Both the position numbers and the translations under genes were made by a program. Below are positions 16,661 through 26,749 of a stretch of DNA of 64,000 bases, piece by piece. This DNA is from Chloroflexi bacterium UBA4730. GTDB lineage: Bacteria > Chloroflexota > Limnocylindria > P2-11E. The stretch's first letter is position 1, and each line of letters starts with the position of its first letter. The notes under the pieces are model-generated. The model was not told the DNA's origin, did not search any database, and saw only the letters and a program-made list of their open reading frames with translations. The stretch is taken from positions 38,937-102,936 of the forward strand of contig DHJC01000073.1 of assembly GCA_002404155.1 (NCBI GenBank), written 5' to 3'.

Positions 16661-17794
16661 CTAGCCGCCGCTAGATGCGGCGCGGAGGAGCGCGCGGACC
16701 TCGCCCGCGACGACAAGATCCTCGCGCGCCTCGATCCGCAGCACGGCGGGACCGCCACCCCGGCGACCGTCGAGCACCGCATCGATCGCCACGTCGCGCG
16801 CTTCGACACGGGCGATCCCCAGCGTCGCGAGCCGCGCGCACACGGACGCGCGTACGGCCGCCGAACCCTCGCCGATCCCGCCGGTGAACACGACCGCGTC
16901 GAGGCGCGGCAGCGCCGTCGTCGCGGCCGCGATGCCGGCGGCCACCCGGCGCACGAACAGCTCGAGCGCCAGGCGCGCGCGCTCATCACCCTGCCCGGAT
17001 CGCTCCAGCACGTCGCGCATGTCAGCGGTACCGGCGACGCCGAGCAGTCCGGAGCCGCGCTCCAGCACGTGCTCGAGGTCGGCCGCGGAGATGCCGTGAC
17101 GCTGTTGGACGGCGAGCAGGATCCCCGGGTCCACCGATCCGGAGCGCGTCGCCATCATCAGCCCTTCGAGCGGCGTCATCCCCATCGACGTGTCGGCCGA
17201 GCTCCCGCGCCATACGGCGGTGACCGAGCAGCCGCTGCCGAGGTGCGCGACGACCACGCCAAGATCTGCGGCGCGCCGCCGGAGCAGCTCCGCCGCGCGG
17301 CGCACGGCCCACTGGACGGAGAGTCCATGAAAGCCGAAGCGCCGCACGCCCCAGTCCTCGTACCAGCTCCAGGGAAGCGGATAGCGCCATGCGGCAGGCG
17401 GCAGCGCGGCGTGGAATGCGGTGTCGAACGAGGCGACATGCGGGACGATCGGAAAGCGGGCCCGCGCCGCGGCGATCACGGCTTCGGCGAGCGCGTTGTG
17501 CAGCGGGGCAAGGGACCGCACTGCCGCGAGCCGGCCGAGCATCTCGTCGCTCACCCGCGCCGGCGCGGTGAACGCGGTGCCGCCGTGGACGACGCGATGT
17601 CCGACGGCCCCGATGGCGCGGGCATCCACCGCCGCGGCGGCGAGCACGGCGTCGAGGGCCGCGGCCGCGCCGGACGGCTCGCCGTCCCACGGCATCGTGG
17701 CGGCCGCGGGGGTGCGTTCGCCGGCGTCGATGACGCTCGCCTTGAGCGAGCTCGAGCCCGCGTTGAGGACGAGGACCGCGGGCTCGCCGATCAC
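16661..17794 (-). CDS. ackA: Acetate kinase
   Basis: LVLNAGSSSLK, GHRVVHGG, LAPLHN, FDTAFH, RRFGFHGLS, HLGSGCS, DTSMGMTPLEGLMMATRSGSVDP, FTGGIGE; GTG overlaps the xfp stop. Confidence 0.95.
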   Translation of the reverse strand: MIGEPAVLVLNAGSSSLKASVIDAGERTPAAATMPWDGEPSGAAAALDAVLAAAAVDARAIGAVGHRVVHGGTAFTAPARVSDEMLGRLAAVRSLAPLHNALAEAVIAAARARFPIVPHVASFDTAFHAALPPAAWRYPLPWSWYEDWGVRRFGFHGLSVQWAVRRAAELLRRRAADLGVVVAHLGSGCSVTAVWRGSSADTSMGMTPLEGLMMATRSGSVDPGILLAVQQRHGISAADLEHVLERGSGLLGVAGTADMRDVLERSGQGDERARLALELFVRRVAAGIAAATTALPRLDAVVFTGGIGEGSAAVRASVCARLATLGIARVEARDVAIDAVLDGRRGGGPAVLRIEAREDLVVAGEVRALLRAASSGG

Positions 17795-20166
17795 CGCTCG
17801 GACCAGCGCCACCCCGAGATCTCGAGGGGGTCGTCGCCCTCGCGAGTGATGTACGCGCGGTGCTCCGCTAGACGCAGCTCGTAGTCCCGGATCCGCGCGT
17901 CGCCGTCGGCGCCCGGGAGCACGGCCCGGCGGATCGCCTCGATCGCCAGCTGGTATCGGCTCATGCCATTCCGGACGAGCATGTCGAAGGGCGTGGTGGT
18001 CGTTCCTTCCTCGATGTACCCCTTGACGTGGAATCGCTCGGGAGCCGGACGGTCGTACACGAGCTGATGGACCGCCGAGGGGTAGCCGTGAAAGGCGAAC
18101 ACGACGGGGCGGTCCGCGGTGAACAGGTCGGCGAACGCGGAGTCGGAGAGACCGTGCGGATGATGCTTCCGCGAGCCCAGGACCATGAGGTCGGTCACGT
18201 TGACCACGCGCACGCGCAGGCCGGGTAGATCGCGCCGCAACAGCTCCGCCGCCGCGAGCGTTTCGCGGGTCGGGACGTTCCCCGCCGCGGCGAGGACCAG
18301 GTCCGGCTCCTGGCCGCCGTCGATGGAGGCCCACCGCCACACGGACGCACCCGCCGCGCAGTGGGCGACCGCCTCGTCCATCGAGAGCCACTGCGGCATC
18401 GGCTGCTTCGTGGCCACGATGAGGTTGATGTAGTCGGTGGACCGCAGGCAGTGGTCGACCGTCGAGACGAGGGTGTTGGCGTCCGGCGGCAGATAGATCC
18501 GGAGAATGGAGCCCTTCTTGTTCAGCAGGCTGTTGATGAACCCCGGCCCCTGGTGCGAGTAGCCGTTGTGGTCCTGCCGCCAGCCCTCACTCGTCAGCAG
18601 GAACGTGAGGGACGAAAGCGGCGCACGCCACGGCTGCTCGCGGTGGACCTTCAGATACTTCGCGTACTGGCCGACCATCGAGTCGACGATGAGCACGAAG
18701 GCCTCGTAGCAGGGGAAGATACCGTGCCGCCCGGTCTTGAGGTATCCCTCGAGGAACCCCTCGCACAGGTGCTCCGACAGGACCTCGACCACCCGGCCGG
18801 AGGGTGCGAGGTGCTCGTCGTTCGGCCCGGTCGGCCAGACGTACGCGCGATTGGTGACGTCGAGCACCGCGCCGAGCTTGTTGGAGACCAGCTCATCGGG
18901 ACACACGATCCGGAAGTCGCGGCGCCGGTCACTGCGCCGCATGACCTCCGCGAGATACAGGCCGACCTGCTCGAGCGCGCTGTCGTCCACTGCGCCGCGC
19001 GATGGAACGGCGACCGCGGCGATCGCCGGGTCGGGGAGGTCGAGCGGCCGGCGGCGGGACCCGCCGTTCGCGCGCGCGTTCATCCCCATGCGCTTGGACC
19101 CGCGAGGGACGAACGCGCGGATGTCCGCCGCCGGACGGCCGTCGGCGTCGAACAGCTCCTCGGGACGGTACGAGCGCAGCCACGACTCGACGATCGCGCG
19201 GTGCCCGGGATCGGTCCGCGCTCTCTCGGCGGGCACCTGGTGGGAGCGGAAGCTGCCCTCGACCGGAAGACCGTCGACGGACCGCGGACCGGTCCAGCCC
19301 TTGGGCGTACGCAGGACGAGCATCGGCCAGCGCGGCGACGTGGTCAGGACACCGGAGCGGGCGCGGCGCTGGATGTCGGCGATCTCGTCCATCGCCGCGT
19401 CGAACGTCGTCGCGAGCGCTGTGTCGATGCGGTCGTCGGAGCCGGCGATGATGCGCGGTCCCCAGCCGTATCCGGTGAAGAGCTCGGTCAGCTCGTCGTC
19501 GCTCATCGTGCCGAACACCGTCGGCTGGCTGATCTTGTAGCCGTTCAGATGGAGGATCGGGAAGACCGCGCCGCTCGTCGCGGGGTCGAGGAACTTCGTC
19601 GCGTGCCATGCCGCAGCCGTGGGGCCGGTCTCGGCCTCGCCATCGCCGACGATGCACGCGACGAGCAGGTCCGGATCATCGAACGCCGCACCGAACGCCG
19701 TCGCGAGCGCGTACCCGAGCTCCCCGCCCTCGTGGATCGTCCCCGGAAGAGCAGGCGTGAGGTGGCTGGCGAGCCCGCCGGGCCACGAGAATGCCCGCAC
19801 CAACCGCTCGAGGCCCTGCGCCCCATGGGTCAGCTCCGGGTAGATCTGGGCGAGCGAGCCCTCGAGGTAGAGGTTGGCCAGGTTCGCCGCAGCGCCGTGG
19901 CCCGGTCCGGTGACCAAGAGGATGTCGCACTCGCGCTCGGTGATGACGCGATCGAGGTGGGCGTACACGAGGTTGATGCCGGGCGCGGTGCCCCAGTGCC
20001 CGAGGAGTCGGGGTTTGATGTGCTCGGGCCGCAGCGGCTCGCGCAGCAGCACGTTCGCGCGCAAGTAGATCTGCGCCACGGTCAGGTAGTTCGCGGCGCG
20101 GCGGTAGCGCCGGAGCGCGTCGAGCCCGGCGCGGGGCTCGACGATCGCGATGTCCGCGCGGGTCAC
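17791..20166 (-). CDS. xfp: Phosphoketolase (XFP family)
   Basis: RAANYL, IKPRLLGHWGT, GPGHG, HEGGELGY, GDGEAETGP, HLNGYK, RTPKGWTGP, SHQVP, LSEHLCEG, WRQDHNGYSHQ. Confidence 0.96.
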   Translation of the reverse strand: MTRADIAIVEPRAGLDALRRYRRAANYLTVAQIYLRANVLLREPLRPEHIKPRLLGHWGTAPGINLVYAHLDRVITERECDILLVTGPGHGAAANLANLYLEGSLAQIYPELTHGAQGLERLVRAFSWPGGLASHLTPALPGTIHEGGELGYALATAFGAAFDDPDLLVACIVGDGEAETGPTAAAWHATKFLDPATSGAVFPILHLNGYKISQPTVFGTMSDDELTELFTGYGWGPRIIAGSDDRIDTALATTFDAAMDEIADIQRRARSGVLTTSPRWPMLVLRTPKGWTGPRSVDGLPVEGSFRSHQVPAERARTDPGHRAIVESWLRSYRPEELFDADGRPAADIRAFVPRGSKRMGMNARANGGSRRRPLDLPDPAIAAVAVPSRGAVDDSALEQVGLYLAEVMRRSDRRRDFRIVCPDELVSNKLGAVLDVTNRAYVWPTGPNDEHLAPSGRVVEVLSEHLCEGFLEGYLKTGRHGIFPCYEAFVLIVDSMVGQYAKYLKVHREQPWRAPLSSLTFLLTSEGWRQDHNGYSHQGPGFINSLLNKKGSILRIYLPPDANTLVSTVDHCLRSTDYINLIVATKQPMPQWLSMDEAVAHCAAGASVWRWASIDGGQEPDLVLAAAGNVPTRETLAAAELLRRDLPGLRVRVVNVTDLMVLGSRKHHPHGLSDSAFADLFTADRPVVFAFHGYPSAVHQLVYDRPAPERFHVKGYIEEGTTTTPFDMLVRNGMSRYQLAIEAIRRAVLPGADGDARIRDYELRLAEHRAYITREGDDPLEISGWRWSER

Positions 20167-20597
20167 CGCTTCTCGAATCGACCGCTGCGTTCGGCCAGGC
20201 GGATGCGGAACGCCACGCCGGCAAGGCCGGCCTGACCCGCGGGGTGCCCGGCCGGTCCGACCGTCTCGCTCGACGTCAGCGGCGCGAGGCGCGACCGAAG
20301 CAGGTTCATCGCCGCCGTCGCTAGGTCGCCGGACAGCTCCTCGTAGCGGCCCCAGGCGATCGCGCTCCGCCAACTCGCGAGGTCGTCGATCTGATCGACC
20401 TCGAAGCACACGTCCGGGGCGGCGCGCATCATCCGGATCTTGAGTCCGAGCGCCGAATGGCCGTAGACGTTGTCCCCGTCGTAGACGTAGGTGATCGGCA
20501 CGACGTACGTCCGGCCCTCCGCGTGCACACCGATGCGCCCGACCGTCTCCGTGTGGAGGATCCGGTCGATCTGCTCAGGCTCGAGCGTGCCCAGCAT
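20163..20597 (-). CDS. Pyridoxamine-5'-phosphate oxidase-like (split-barrel FMN-binding) protein
   Basis: VGRIG....RTYVVPITY, GLKIRMMR..PDVCFEVD, WRSAIAWGRYEEL. Confidence 0.85.
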   Translation of the reverse strand: MLGTLEPEQIDRILHTETVGRIGVHAEGRTYVVPITYVYDGDNVYGHSALGLKIRMMRAAPDVCFEVDQIDDLASWRSAIAWGRYEELSGDLATAAMNLLRSRLAPLTSSETVGPAGHPAGQAGLAGVAFRIRLAERSGRFEKR

Positions 20598-21514
20598 CAG
20601 ACGGCCTGGCTCGCCGTGGACGGTCGTGCGGCTGCCGCGTCAGCCGCCACCGTCTGCCGCACGATGAGAACGGAGCACGGCGCGTGATAGAGGATCCCGC
20701 GCGCGACGCTGCCGAGCAGCAGTCGGGTGAGCCCCGCGTTCCCACGCGAACCGACGGCGATGAGGTCCGCGTTCGTCGCCGTCGCCGCCTCGATCACGCC
20801 GTAGGCCGCGTCGCCCTGCGGCACCTCGGCGGTGGCGGGGATCCCGTGCTCCGCGAGGCGCTTCGCGGCCGCGGCGGCGATCCTCTCGTGCGAGCTGCGC
20901 TGGTCGTCGATGATCTGCTGATACATCTCGCCGCTGAACGCGGGCCCGCCCGCGGGGTACCACGGGAGGAGCGGCGCGACGCTGACGACCCGCACCGGGA
21001 GTGCGCTGAGGAACGGAAGCGACCGCACGACCTCCTCCGCCCGCCGCGATCCTGGCGAATTGTCGGCCGCCAGGACGATGCGGCTGACCGATGTGCCCCG
21101 GGCGACGAGCACCGGGCAGGGCGCGTGGTCGACGACCTCCGCGGCGACAGAGCCCAAGAGCGCCGACGCGAACGGTCCGTGCCCGCGGCTGCCGAGGACG
21201 ACGAGGTCGGCCCCGATGCGCGCGGCGGTGGCGGAGATGACGCTTGCGGGACGTCCGAACACGACTGTCGTCACGATCTCGCGGCCCGGTCCGCTCAGCG
21301 CGGCCCTCACCGCCGCGAGCTCCTTGTCGGTGTCCTCACGCAGGAGCGTGTGGAGCGCCGAGCGCTGCCGCTCCGGCAGGTCGGTCTCTTCCTCGAACAG
21401 CTGGTCGACGTAGAGCACCTCGACCGTGCTCGGATCGGGCAGCCGCAGGGTGGCGAGCAGGGCCTCGGCACGCTTCGCGGATGGCGAGCCGTCGGTCGCG
21501 AACAAGATCTTCAT
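20597..21514 (-). CDS. Tandem-domain universal stress protein (USP 1)
   Basis: MKILFATDGS; two G.PA..I...ADL(V/I)..GSRG...LLGSVA...APC.VL repeats. Confidence 0.93.
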   Translation of the reverse strand: MKILFATDGSPSAKRAEALLATLRLPDPSTVEVLYVDQLFEEETDLPERQRSALHTLLREDTDKELAAVRAALSGPGREIVTTVVFGRPASVISATAARIGADLVVLGSRGHGPFASALLGSVAAEVVDHAPCPVLVARGTSVSRIVLAADNSPGSRRAEEVVRSLPFLSALPVRVVSVAPLLPWYPAGGPAFSGEMYQQIIDDQRSSHERIAAAAAKRLAEHGIPATAEVPQGDAAYGVIEAATATNADLIAVGSRGNAGLTRLLLGSVARGILYHAPCSVLIVRQTVAADAAAARPSTASQAV

Positions 21515-21549
21515 GGGTCCGACGGTAGGTCCGCGGCGCTCTCCGGCCA

Positions 21550-21627
21550 TGGGCCGAAGGTCACGACTGCGTGTGCCGAAGGGACCGCATGGAGCATCCG
21601 GCCCACGGCCGCGGGCCGTCCGGCCCT
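21550..21627. promoter_or_regulatory. DosR/OsdR-like boxes in the divergent USP/Pat promoter (21550-21565 TGGGCCGAAGGTCACG; 21612-21627 CGGGCCGTCCGGCCCT)
   Basis: Recurrent motif; a weaker copy lies near 21573. Confidence 0.7.
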
Positions 21628-21663
21628 ATTGGCCCGGCCGTACGGACCCGTACCGTCGGGTCG

Positions 21664-24377
21664 ATGGGCGCGACGGCCGTGACCCCCGCGTATCCGGCGT
21701 ACCGCGAGGCCGACGTCGTCCTGCGCGACGGCGGTGTCGCCCGGGTCCGGCCGGTGCGGCCCGATGACGAGCCGGCAGTCCTCGCGCTGCTCGCATCGCT
21801 CGGGTCCGGATCGCGGCTGAACCGCTTCTTCTCGCTCGGGACGGATCTGGCCACCGAGGCTCGGCGCGCTGTGGCTGTCGACTACGACCGGACCTATGCG
21901 CTCGTCGCGACCGCGGGCCCCGACCGACGCATCGTCGCGCATGCTGCGTACTACGCGAAGCCCGAGGGCCCGGCGGAAGTGGCGTGGGTCGTCGCGGACG
22001 ATTGGCAGCGCAACGGCCTCGGGACGCTCCTGCTTGCGCACCTCGCCGAGCACGCCGAGTCGCTCGGGATCGGCCCGTTCATCGCCTACGTGCTGCCCGA
22101 GAACCGCCGGATGGTCGACGTCCTGCGCGAGAGCGGATTCCCCCTCCGCACCTCGCGGACGGTCGGGCAGGTGGTCTTCGAGTTCCCCACGTCGCTGTCG
22201 GCGGCCGCGCGCGATCGCTTCGACCGACGGGAGCGCGTCGCCGCGGCGGCGAGCGTCGGCGCGCTCATCGCACCGCGCTCCATCGCGGTCGTCGGGGCGT
22301 CGCGCTCGCGAGGCACGATCGGCGGTGAGGTATTCCACAACCTGCTCGCCACGGGGTTCACGGGTCCCGTCTTCCCGGTGAACCCCGCTGCGCGGGTGGT
22401 GCAGTCGGTCCTGTCCTACCCATCCATCCGTGACGTGCCCGGCCCGGTCGACCTCGCGGTCATCGTGGTCCCCGCCGCGAGCGTGCTGGACGCCGCGAGG
22501 GAGTGCGCCGCGAAGGGCGTCCACGCGCTGGTCGTCATCTCGGCCGGCTTCGCCGAGACCGGGGCCGACGGCGCACGGCTCCAGCACGAGCTGCTCGCGA
22601 TCTGTCGCGACGCCGGGATGCGGCTCGTCGGACCGAACTGCATGGGGATCATGAATACCGCCGGCGCGGTACGGATGAACGCCACCTTCGCACCGAGCTT
22701 CCCACCGGCCGGCCGCGTCGGGTTCATGTCGCAGAGCGGCGCCCTCGGCCTCGCGATCATCGAGGAGGTCGCGCGCCGCGGGATCGGCCTCTCGTCGTTC
22801 GTGTCGGTCGGCAACAAGGCGGACGTGTCGGGCAACGACCTGGTGCAGTACTGGGCGAGCGACCCGGCGACCGATGTGATGCTCCTCTACCTCGAGTCGT
22901 TCGGGAACCGCGCAAGTTCGCGCGGCTCTCGCGCGAGATCGGACGGACGAAACCGATCCTCGCGGTGAAGAGCGGCCGTTCGGTCGCCGGCGCGCGGGCG
23001 ACCTCATCCCACACCGGCGCGCTCGTCGCGGCGTCCGACGTGACAGTCGACGCGCTCTTCCGCCAGGTCGGTGTGGTCCGTACCGAAACGCTGGCCGAGC
23101 TTCTCGACGCCGCCGCGCTGTTCGCGACGCAGCCGCTGCCGGCGGGCCCCCGCGTCGGGATCGTGACGAACGCCGGCGGACCCGCGATCCTCTGCACCGA
23201 CGCGTGCGAGGCGCGCGGCCTCGTCGTGCCGCAGCTCCCCGAGAGCGTTCGCGCGGCGTTGCGGGCGTTCCTACCGGCCGAGGCTTCGGTCGCGAACCCG
23301 GTCGACATGATCGCCTCGGCCACACCGGAGCAGTACGCCCGGGCGATCACGACGCTCGCCGCGAGCGACGCGGTCGACGCGATCGTCGCGATCTTCATCC
23401 CACCGCTCGTCACGCGGGTCGCGGAGGTCGCCCGTGCGATCGCGGCCGCCGCGCGCGAGCTGCCGCGGCGTGTCCCACTCATCGCCGTGCTCATGTCCGA
23501 GGACCGGGCCCAGGCTGTCCTCGCCGAGGCTCGCGTACCCGTTTATCCGTATCCCGAGGACGCCGCGCGCGCGCTGGCCCACGCCGCCGCGCACGCACGA
23601 TGGCGCGCGCGGCCCGAGGGGACCGTGCCCGCGTTCGCGGACGTCCGCACGGCCGACGCATCGGCGCTCGTCGGGTCGGCGCTCCGCGAGGGCCGCGGCT
23701 GGCTCGATCCGCGCGAGGTCGCCGAGCTGCTGTCCTGCTACGGCCTCTCCGTCGCGCCGTACCGGATCGCGACCGCGCCCGAGACCGCGGGCGTGGCCGC
23801 GGCGGAGCTCGGCGGCGACGTCGCGCTCAAGGCGATCGCGCCCGGCCTCGTGCACAAGACGGAGGCGAATGCCGTCCGGCTCGGGCTCGCAGGGCCGCTG
23901 GCGACGGAGGCCGCGGCGCGCGAGCTCGCCGCCGGCGTCGCGCGCGCCGGGCATCAGCTCGAGGGCTACCTCGTGCAGCGGATGATCGGCCCGGGCGTCG
24001 ACATGCTCGTCGGCATGGTCCACGACCCGTCGTTCGGCCCGGTCGTGGTCTGCGGCTCGGGCGGCACGGCGGTCGAGCTGCTGAAGGACGTGAGCGTCCG
24101 CGTGACCCCGCTCACCGACCGCGACGCGGCGGACATGCTGCGCTCGCTCCGGACGTTCCCCCTCCTCGACGGCTACCGTGGCCGGCCGAAGGCCGACGTC
24201 GGAGCGCTCGAGGGCACGATCCTCCGGATCGCGGCGCTGGTCGAGGCGCATCCCGAGATCGCGGAGCTCGACTGCAATCCGGTGATGGTGCTCGCCGTCG
24301 GCGCGGTCGTGGTCGACGCGCGCATCCGCCTCGAGGCGGTCACGCCGTGGCCACCGATGGGCGCGCTACAGCGGTGA
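21664..24377 (+). pseudogene. GNAT + CoA-binding + ATP-grasp protein (Pat/YfiQ-type acetyltransferase / ADP-forming acyl-CoA ligase), frameshifted
   Basis: N-terminal GNAT (VLRDG...RPVRPDD...QRNGLGT), PRSIAVVGAS, GPNCMG, SQSGA, SVGNKAD; one base missing at ~22909 (LESFGN-CG-CGC should be NPR); continues KSGRS..G..ATSSHTG, NAGG, NPVDM, DCNPV. May be a sequencing indel. Confidence 0.85.
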
Positions 24378-24653
24378 TCTCCGCCGGCGCGAGCGCGTCG
24401 ATGCGGTGAATGTCGGCCGGAAGGTCAGCAGATCTGCGTGGCTGGTGGGCTGTATCGGTCTCCACTCGTGTGTTCCGTCGTAGCCGCTACCGCAGTACGC
24501 CCACGAATCGCGATAGATCGTCACCGGTGAGCGATCACCGGCCGCCGGCCGGTGGGCGATGCAGTAGTAGCGAACGACGGCACCGCCAACGAGCGTGGGC
24601 GATCGCGTTCGTTTGGACGCCGGTGCGTGGCGTTCGTCGATCTGTGCGGACAT
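24366..24653 (-). CDS. Small hypothetical protein with CxxH / YC..H motifs
   Basis: RBS-like GGGAGG before ATG 24653; YYCIAH...WAYCGSG..GTHEWRPI. Confidence 0.5.
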   Translation of the reverse strand: MSAQIDERHAPASKRTRSPTLVGGAVVRYYCIAHRPAAGDRSPVTIYRDSWAYCGSGYDGTHEWRPIQPTSHADLLTFRPTFTASTRSRRRRSPL

Positions 24654-24702
24654 GAGAACCCCTCCCATCTCTCTGGCGCGTGGGCAACGTGCCCAGGTCT
24701 CT

Positions 24703-25278
24703 TCAGCCGGTGCCTCTCGAAGCCGTGGGCGCCGGATCGCGGCGCGGCTCCGGGATCCGAGCACTCGGGGCCAGGTGCGGCGTGGGCTCGCGCGCGACGT
24801 CGATCCAGATATGGTCCTCCGCGCGTCCGCCCAGGGGGCAGAACGCGGGTCGACCGCGGAAGAGCTGAGGCACTCCGTCTGACGGCCGAAGTGTGCAGTG
24901 ATCGTGTTGCTCGACCGATGGTCCGGTCACCAGCCAGCGCCGGTCGCGCAGTCGCATCGCGTCGCGACGTGCTGCGACGAGGTGATGATCCGGATTCGCG
25001 CAGCTGAAGCCGGTGTCTTTCACCCGACCTGGTTCCGTCGTCTCGCGCAGCTCACCGAGCGATCTCGATCGATCGCCTCCGCCGGGTCGAGCGGAGCTGC
25101 GTCCGGTGGCCGCGAAGCGCGTTGGCTCTCGGACGAAGATCTCTCGGCACGTCGGTGAGCAAAAGACGTACTCGCGATCTTCGTACTCGATCGCGAGGGC
25201 GTGCTCGAGCGATTCGTTCGATTCGACCGTCGAGCCGCACACGGGGTCGACCGCGTACTCGAGTGTCGTCGTGGTCAT
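24703..25278 (-). CDS. YHS-domain protein (C-terminal extension doubtful)
   Basis: MTTTTLEYAVDPVCG...EYEDREYVFCSPTCREIFVREPTRF is a YHS signature; the sequence after about residue 60 is low-complexity and may be non-coding read-through. Confidence 0.65.
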   Translation of the reverse strand: MTTTTLEYAVDPVCGSTVESNESLEHALAIEYEDREYVFCSPTCREIFVREPTRFAATGRSSARPGGGDRSRSLGELRETTEPGRVKDTGFSCANPDHHLVAARRDAMRLRDRRWLVTGPSVEQHDHCTLRPSDGVPQLFRGRPAFCPLGGRAEDHIWIDVAREPTPHLAPSARIPEPRRDPAPTASRGTG

Positions 25279-25309
25279 GTCACACCCCCAGCCAAGACCG
25301 AATTCACAC

Positions 25310-25810
25310 TCACGGCAGCCTGCGGAGCGATCCCGGATAGCGAGTGCCGCGCTGCGCGTACGCGAGGATCGCGCCCCCCGCGCCGATGGCGACGCCGGTC
25401 GAGACCACGAGCTCGACGAGCAGCTCGACCGCGGCCTGATATGGCGGGTTGCCGCGTTCGATGGACGTGACAACGATCGCGAAGGCCGCGTAGATCGCGA
25501 GCAGTGCGACGCTCCCGCCCGCGATGAGGAGCGCGACCCCGACGTCCCGATGCTGACCGCTGCGGATCATGACGAGGCCGGACCCGAGCGCGCCGGCAGC
25601 GAAGCCGACCGGAGTCACGACGAGCGCGATGAAGCGGTCGATACCCTCGGGGAGGCCGAGCTGCCCGCCGAACAGGGCCGCGAGTGGACCGACGACGACC
25701 GACCCGATGAGCACGAGCGTCCACCGCTGCGCGTCGGGCACGTCGTCGCGGACGAGGGCGACGACGATCGTGACGGCCAGCGCGCAGCCGAGCACGAACA
25801 GGTAGAACAC
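25310..25810 (-). CDS. Hypothetical multi-pass membrane protein
   Basis: 166 aa with ~5 hydrophobic helices; co-oriented with neighbours. Confidence 0.6.
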   Translation of the reverse strand: MFYLFVLGCALAVTIVVALVRDDVPDAQRWTLVLIGSVVVGPLAALFGGQLGLPEGIDRFIALVVTPVGFAAGALGSGLVMIRSGQHRDVGVALLIAGGSVALLAIYAAFAIVVTSIERGNPPYQAAVELLVELVVSTGVAIGAGGAILAYAQRGTRYPGSLRRLP

Positions 25811-25817
25811 CTGTGGC

Positions 25818-25856
25818 CTACGCGGTCGAGCCGCTGTCGGCGAACAGGATCTTCAT
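25818..25856 (-). pseudogene. 12-codon relic of a USP gene start
   Basis: GGAGGGAG RBS + MKILFADSGSTA*, compared with MKILFATDGSPSA of USP 1. Confidence 0.6.
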
Positions 25857-26365
25857 CGCGGTCTCCCTCCATGGCTGCCGGTCACGCTCGCTCGTCCCGC
25901 GATCAGCGCGCGACGGCCGGGTGTCCGAGGCCGCCGGTGCGCCGGCCGCTTCGGCGACGGCCCGAAGGCGTGCGCCGTCTCCAGGAGCGCCTCCTCGATG
26001 AGGGCGAAGTCGCGCTCGCTGATGAGGCGTAGCACGCCAAGCACATCGAACCGCCGTTGGACGGACCACCCGCGTGCCGCGGCGAGCCGCGGGCCGAGCG
26101 AGGTCACCGAGATCTCGTGACCCGGGACGGGCGCCACGCGATGGCGGAGCCGCAGCGCGCGCGTCTCGCGAGAGAGCTTCGTGACGGTCGCGGTCCCAGC
26201 GAGCACGGATCGGCGGTCGACGCCGCGATCGGGCCAGCTGACGATCGCTACACGGTCGCGCAGCGCGAGCTCGTCGGGGACCGGAAGGAGCTCGGCGAAC
26301 CAATCGTGCTCGCCGAACGACGGCGCACTCGCCGCCGTGACGAGGAGCCACGTACGACCGGTCAT
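25853..26365 (-). CDS. Hypothetical protein, possibly EVE/PUA-like
   Basis: MTGRTWLLVT...DRVAIV...LAGTATVT...LRLISERDFALIEEAL pattern recalls EVE domains; overlaps both neighbours by 4 nt. Confidence 0.5.
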   Translation of the reverse strand: MTGRTWLLVTAASAPSFGEHDWFAELLPVPDELALRDRVAIVSWPDRGVDRRSVLAGTATVTKLSRETRALRLRHRVAPVPGHEISVTSLGPRLAAARGWSVQRRFDVLGVLRLISERDFALIEEALLETAHAFGPSPKRPAHRRPRTPGRRALIAGRASVTGSHGGRPR

Positions 26366-26628
26366 GTCGCGGCCTCGCGAGCCGCCTCGTGCTGCCGCCA
26401 GATCGGGACCGATCCGAGCTCGAGGAGCAGGCGGCCATGGCAGCGCGGGCAATGCGGGGTGAGCGTTGCATCCCAGAGGGGCCGGAACCCGGATTCCGCG
26501 GTGCCGAGCGCGCGACGGACCGCGGCCCGGCTCAGCTCGTCGATCCGGATCTCGATGCTGGGCGTGTCCAGGCCGCACATCAGGCAGCTGAAGGAGACCT
26601 TCACCAGCCGCGACCTCGATGCCGACAT
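26362..26628 (-). CDS. Small zinc-ribbon protein
   Basis: CLMC ... CPRC pair in 88 aa; ATGA overlap with the next gene. Confidence 0.6.
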   Translation of the reverse strand: MSASRSRLVKVSFSCLMCGLDTPSIEIRIDELSRAAVRRALGTAESGFRPLWDATLTPHCPRCHGRLLLELGSVPIWRQHEAAREAAT

Positions 26629-26687
26629 TTCGCCTCGACGCTACGCAGGGCGCCGCCGTCCCGCGAGGGCCATCCGTCTCCGGTCGG

Positions 26688-26703
26688 TGGTCCGGTCGGC
26701 CCT
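26688..26703. promoter_or_regulatory. DosR/OsdR-like box (reverse strand AGGGCCGACCGGACCA) in divergent promoter
   Basis: Recurrent motif between the Zn-ribbon gene and the P-type ATPase. Confidence 0.6.
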
Positions 26704-26749
26704 ATCCGCGACGCCGGTCGAGCCCCAGCCTCGACCGGGCGTGACCATC

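Noticed and set aside
24898-25158. 86-aa plus-strand ORF with CC
   Set aside because: Overlaps the YHS ORF on the opposite strand; no RBS or family signal.
26057-26749. N-terminal 231 codons of the 1060-aa P-type ATPase ORF
   Set aside because: Overlaps two minus-strand genes and the promoter; homology starts at ATG 26750.
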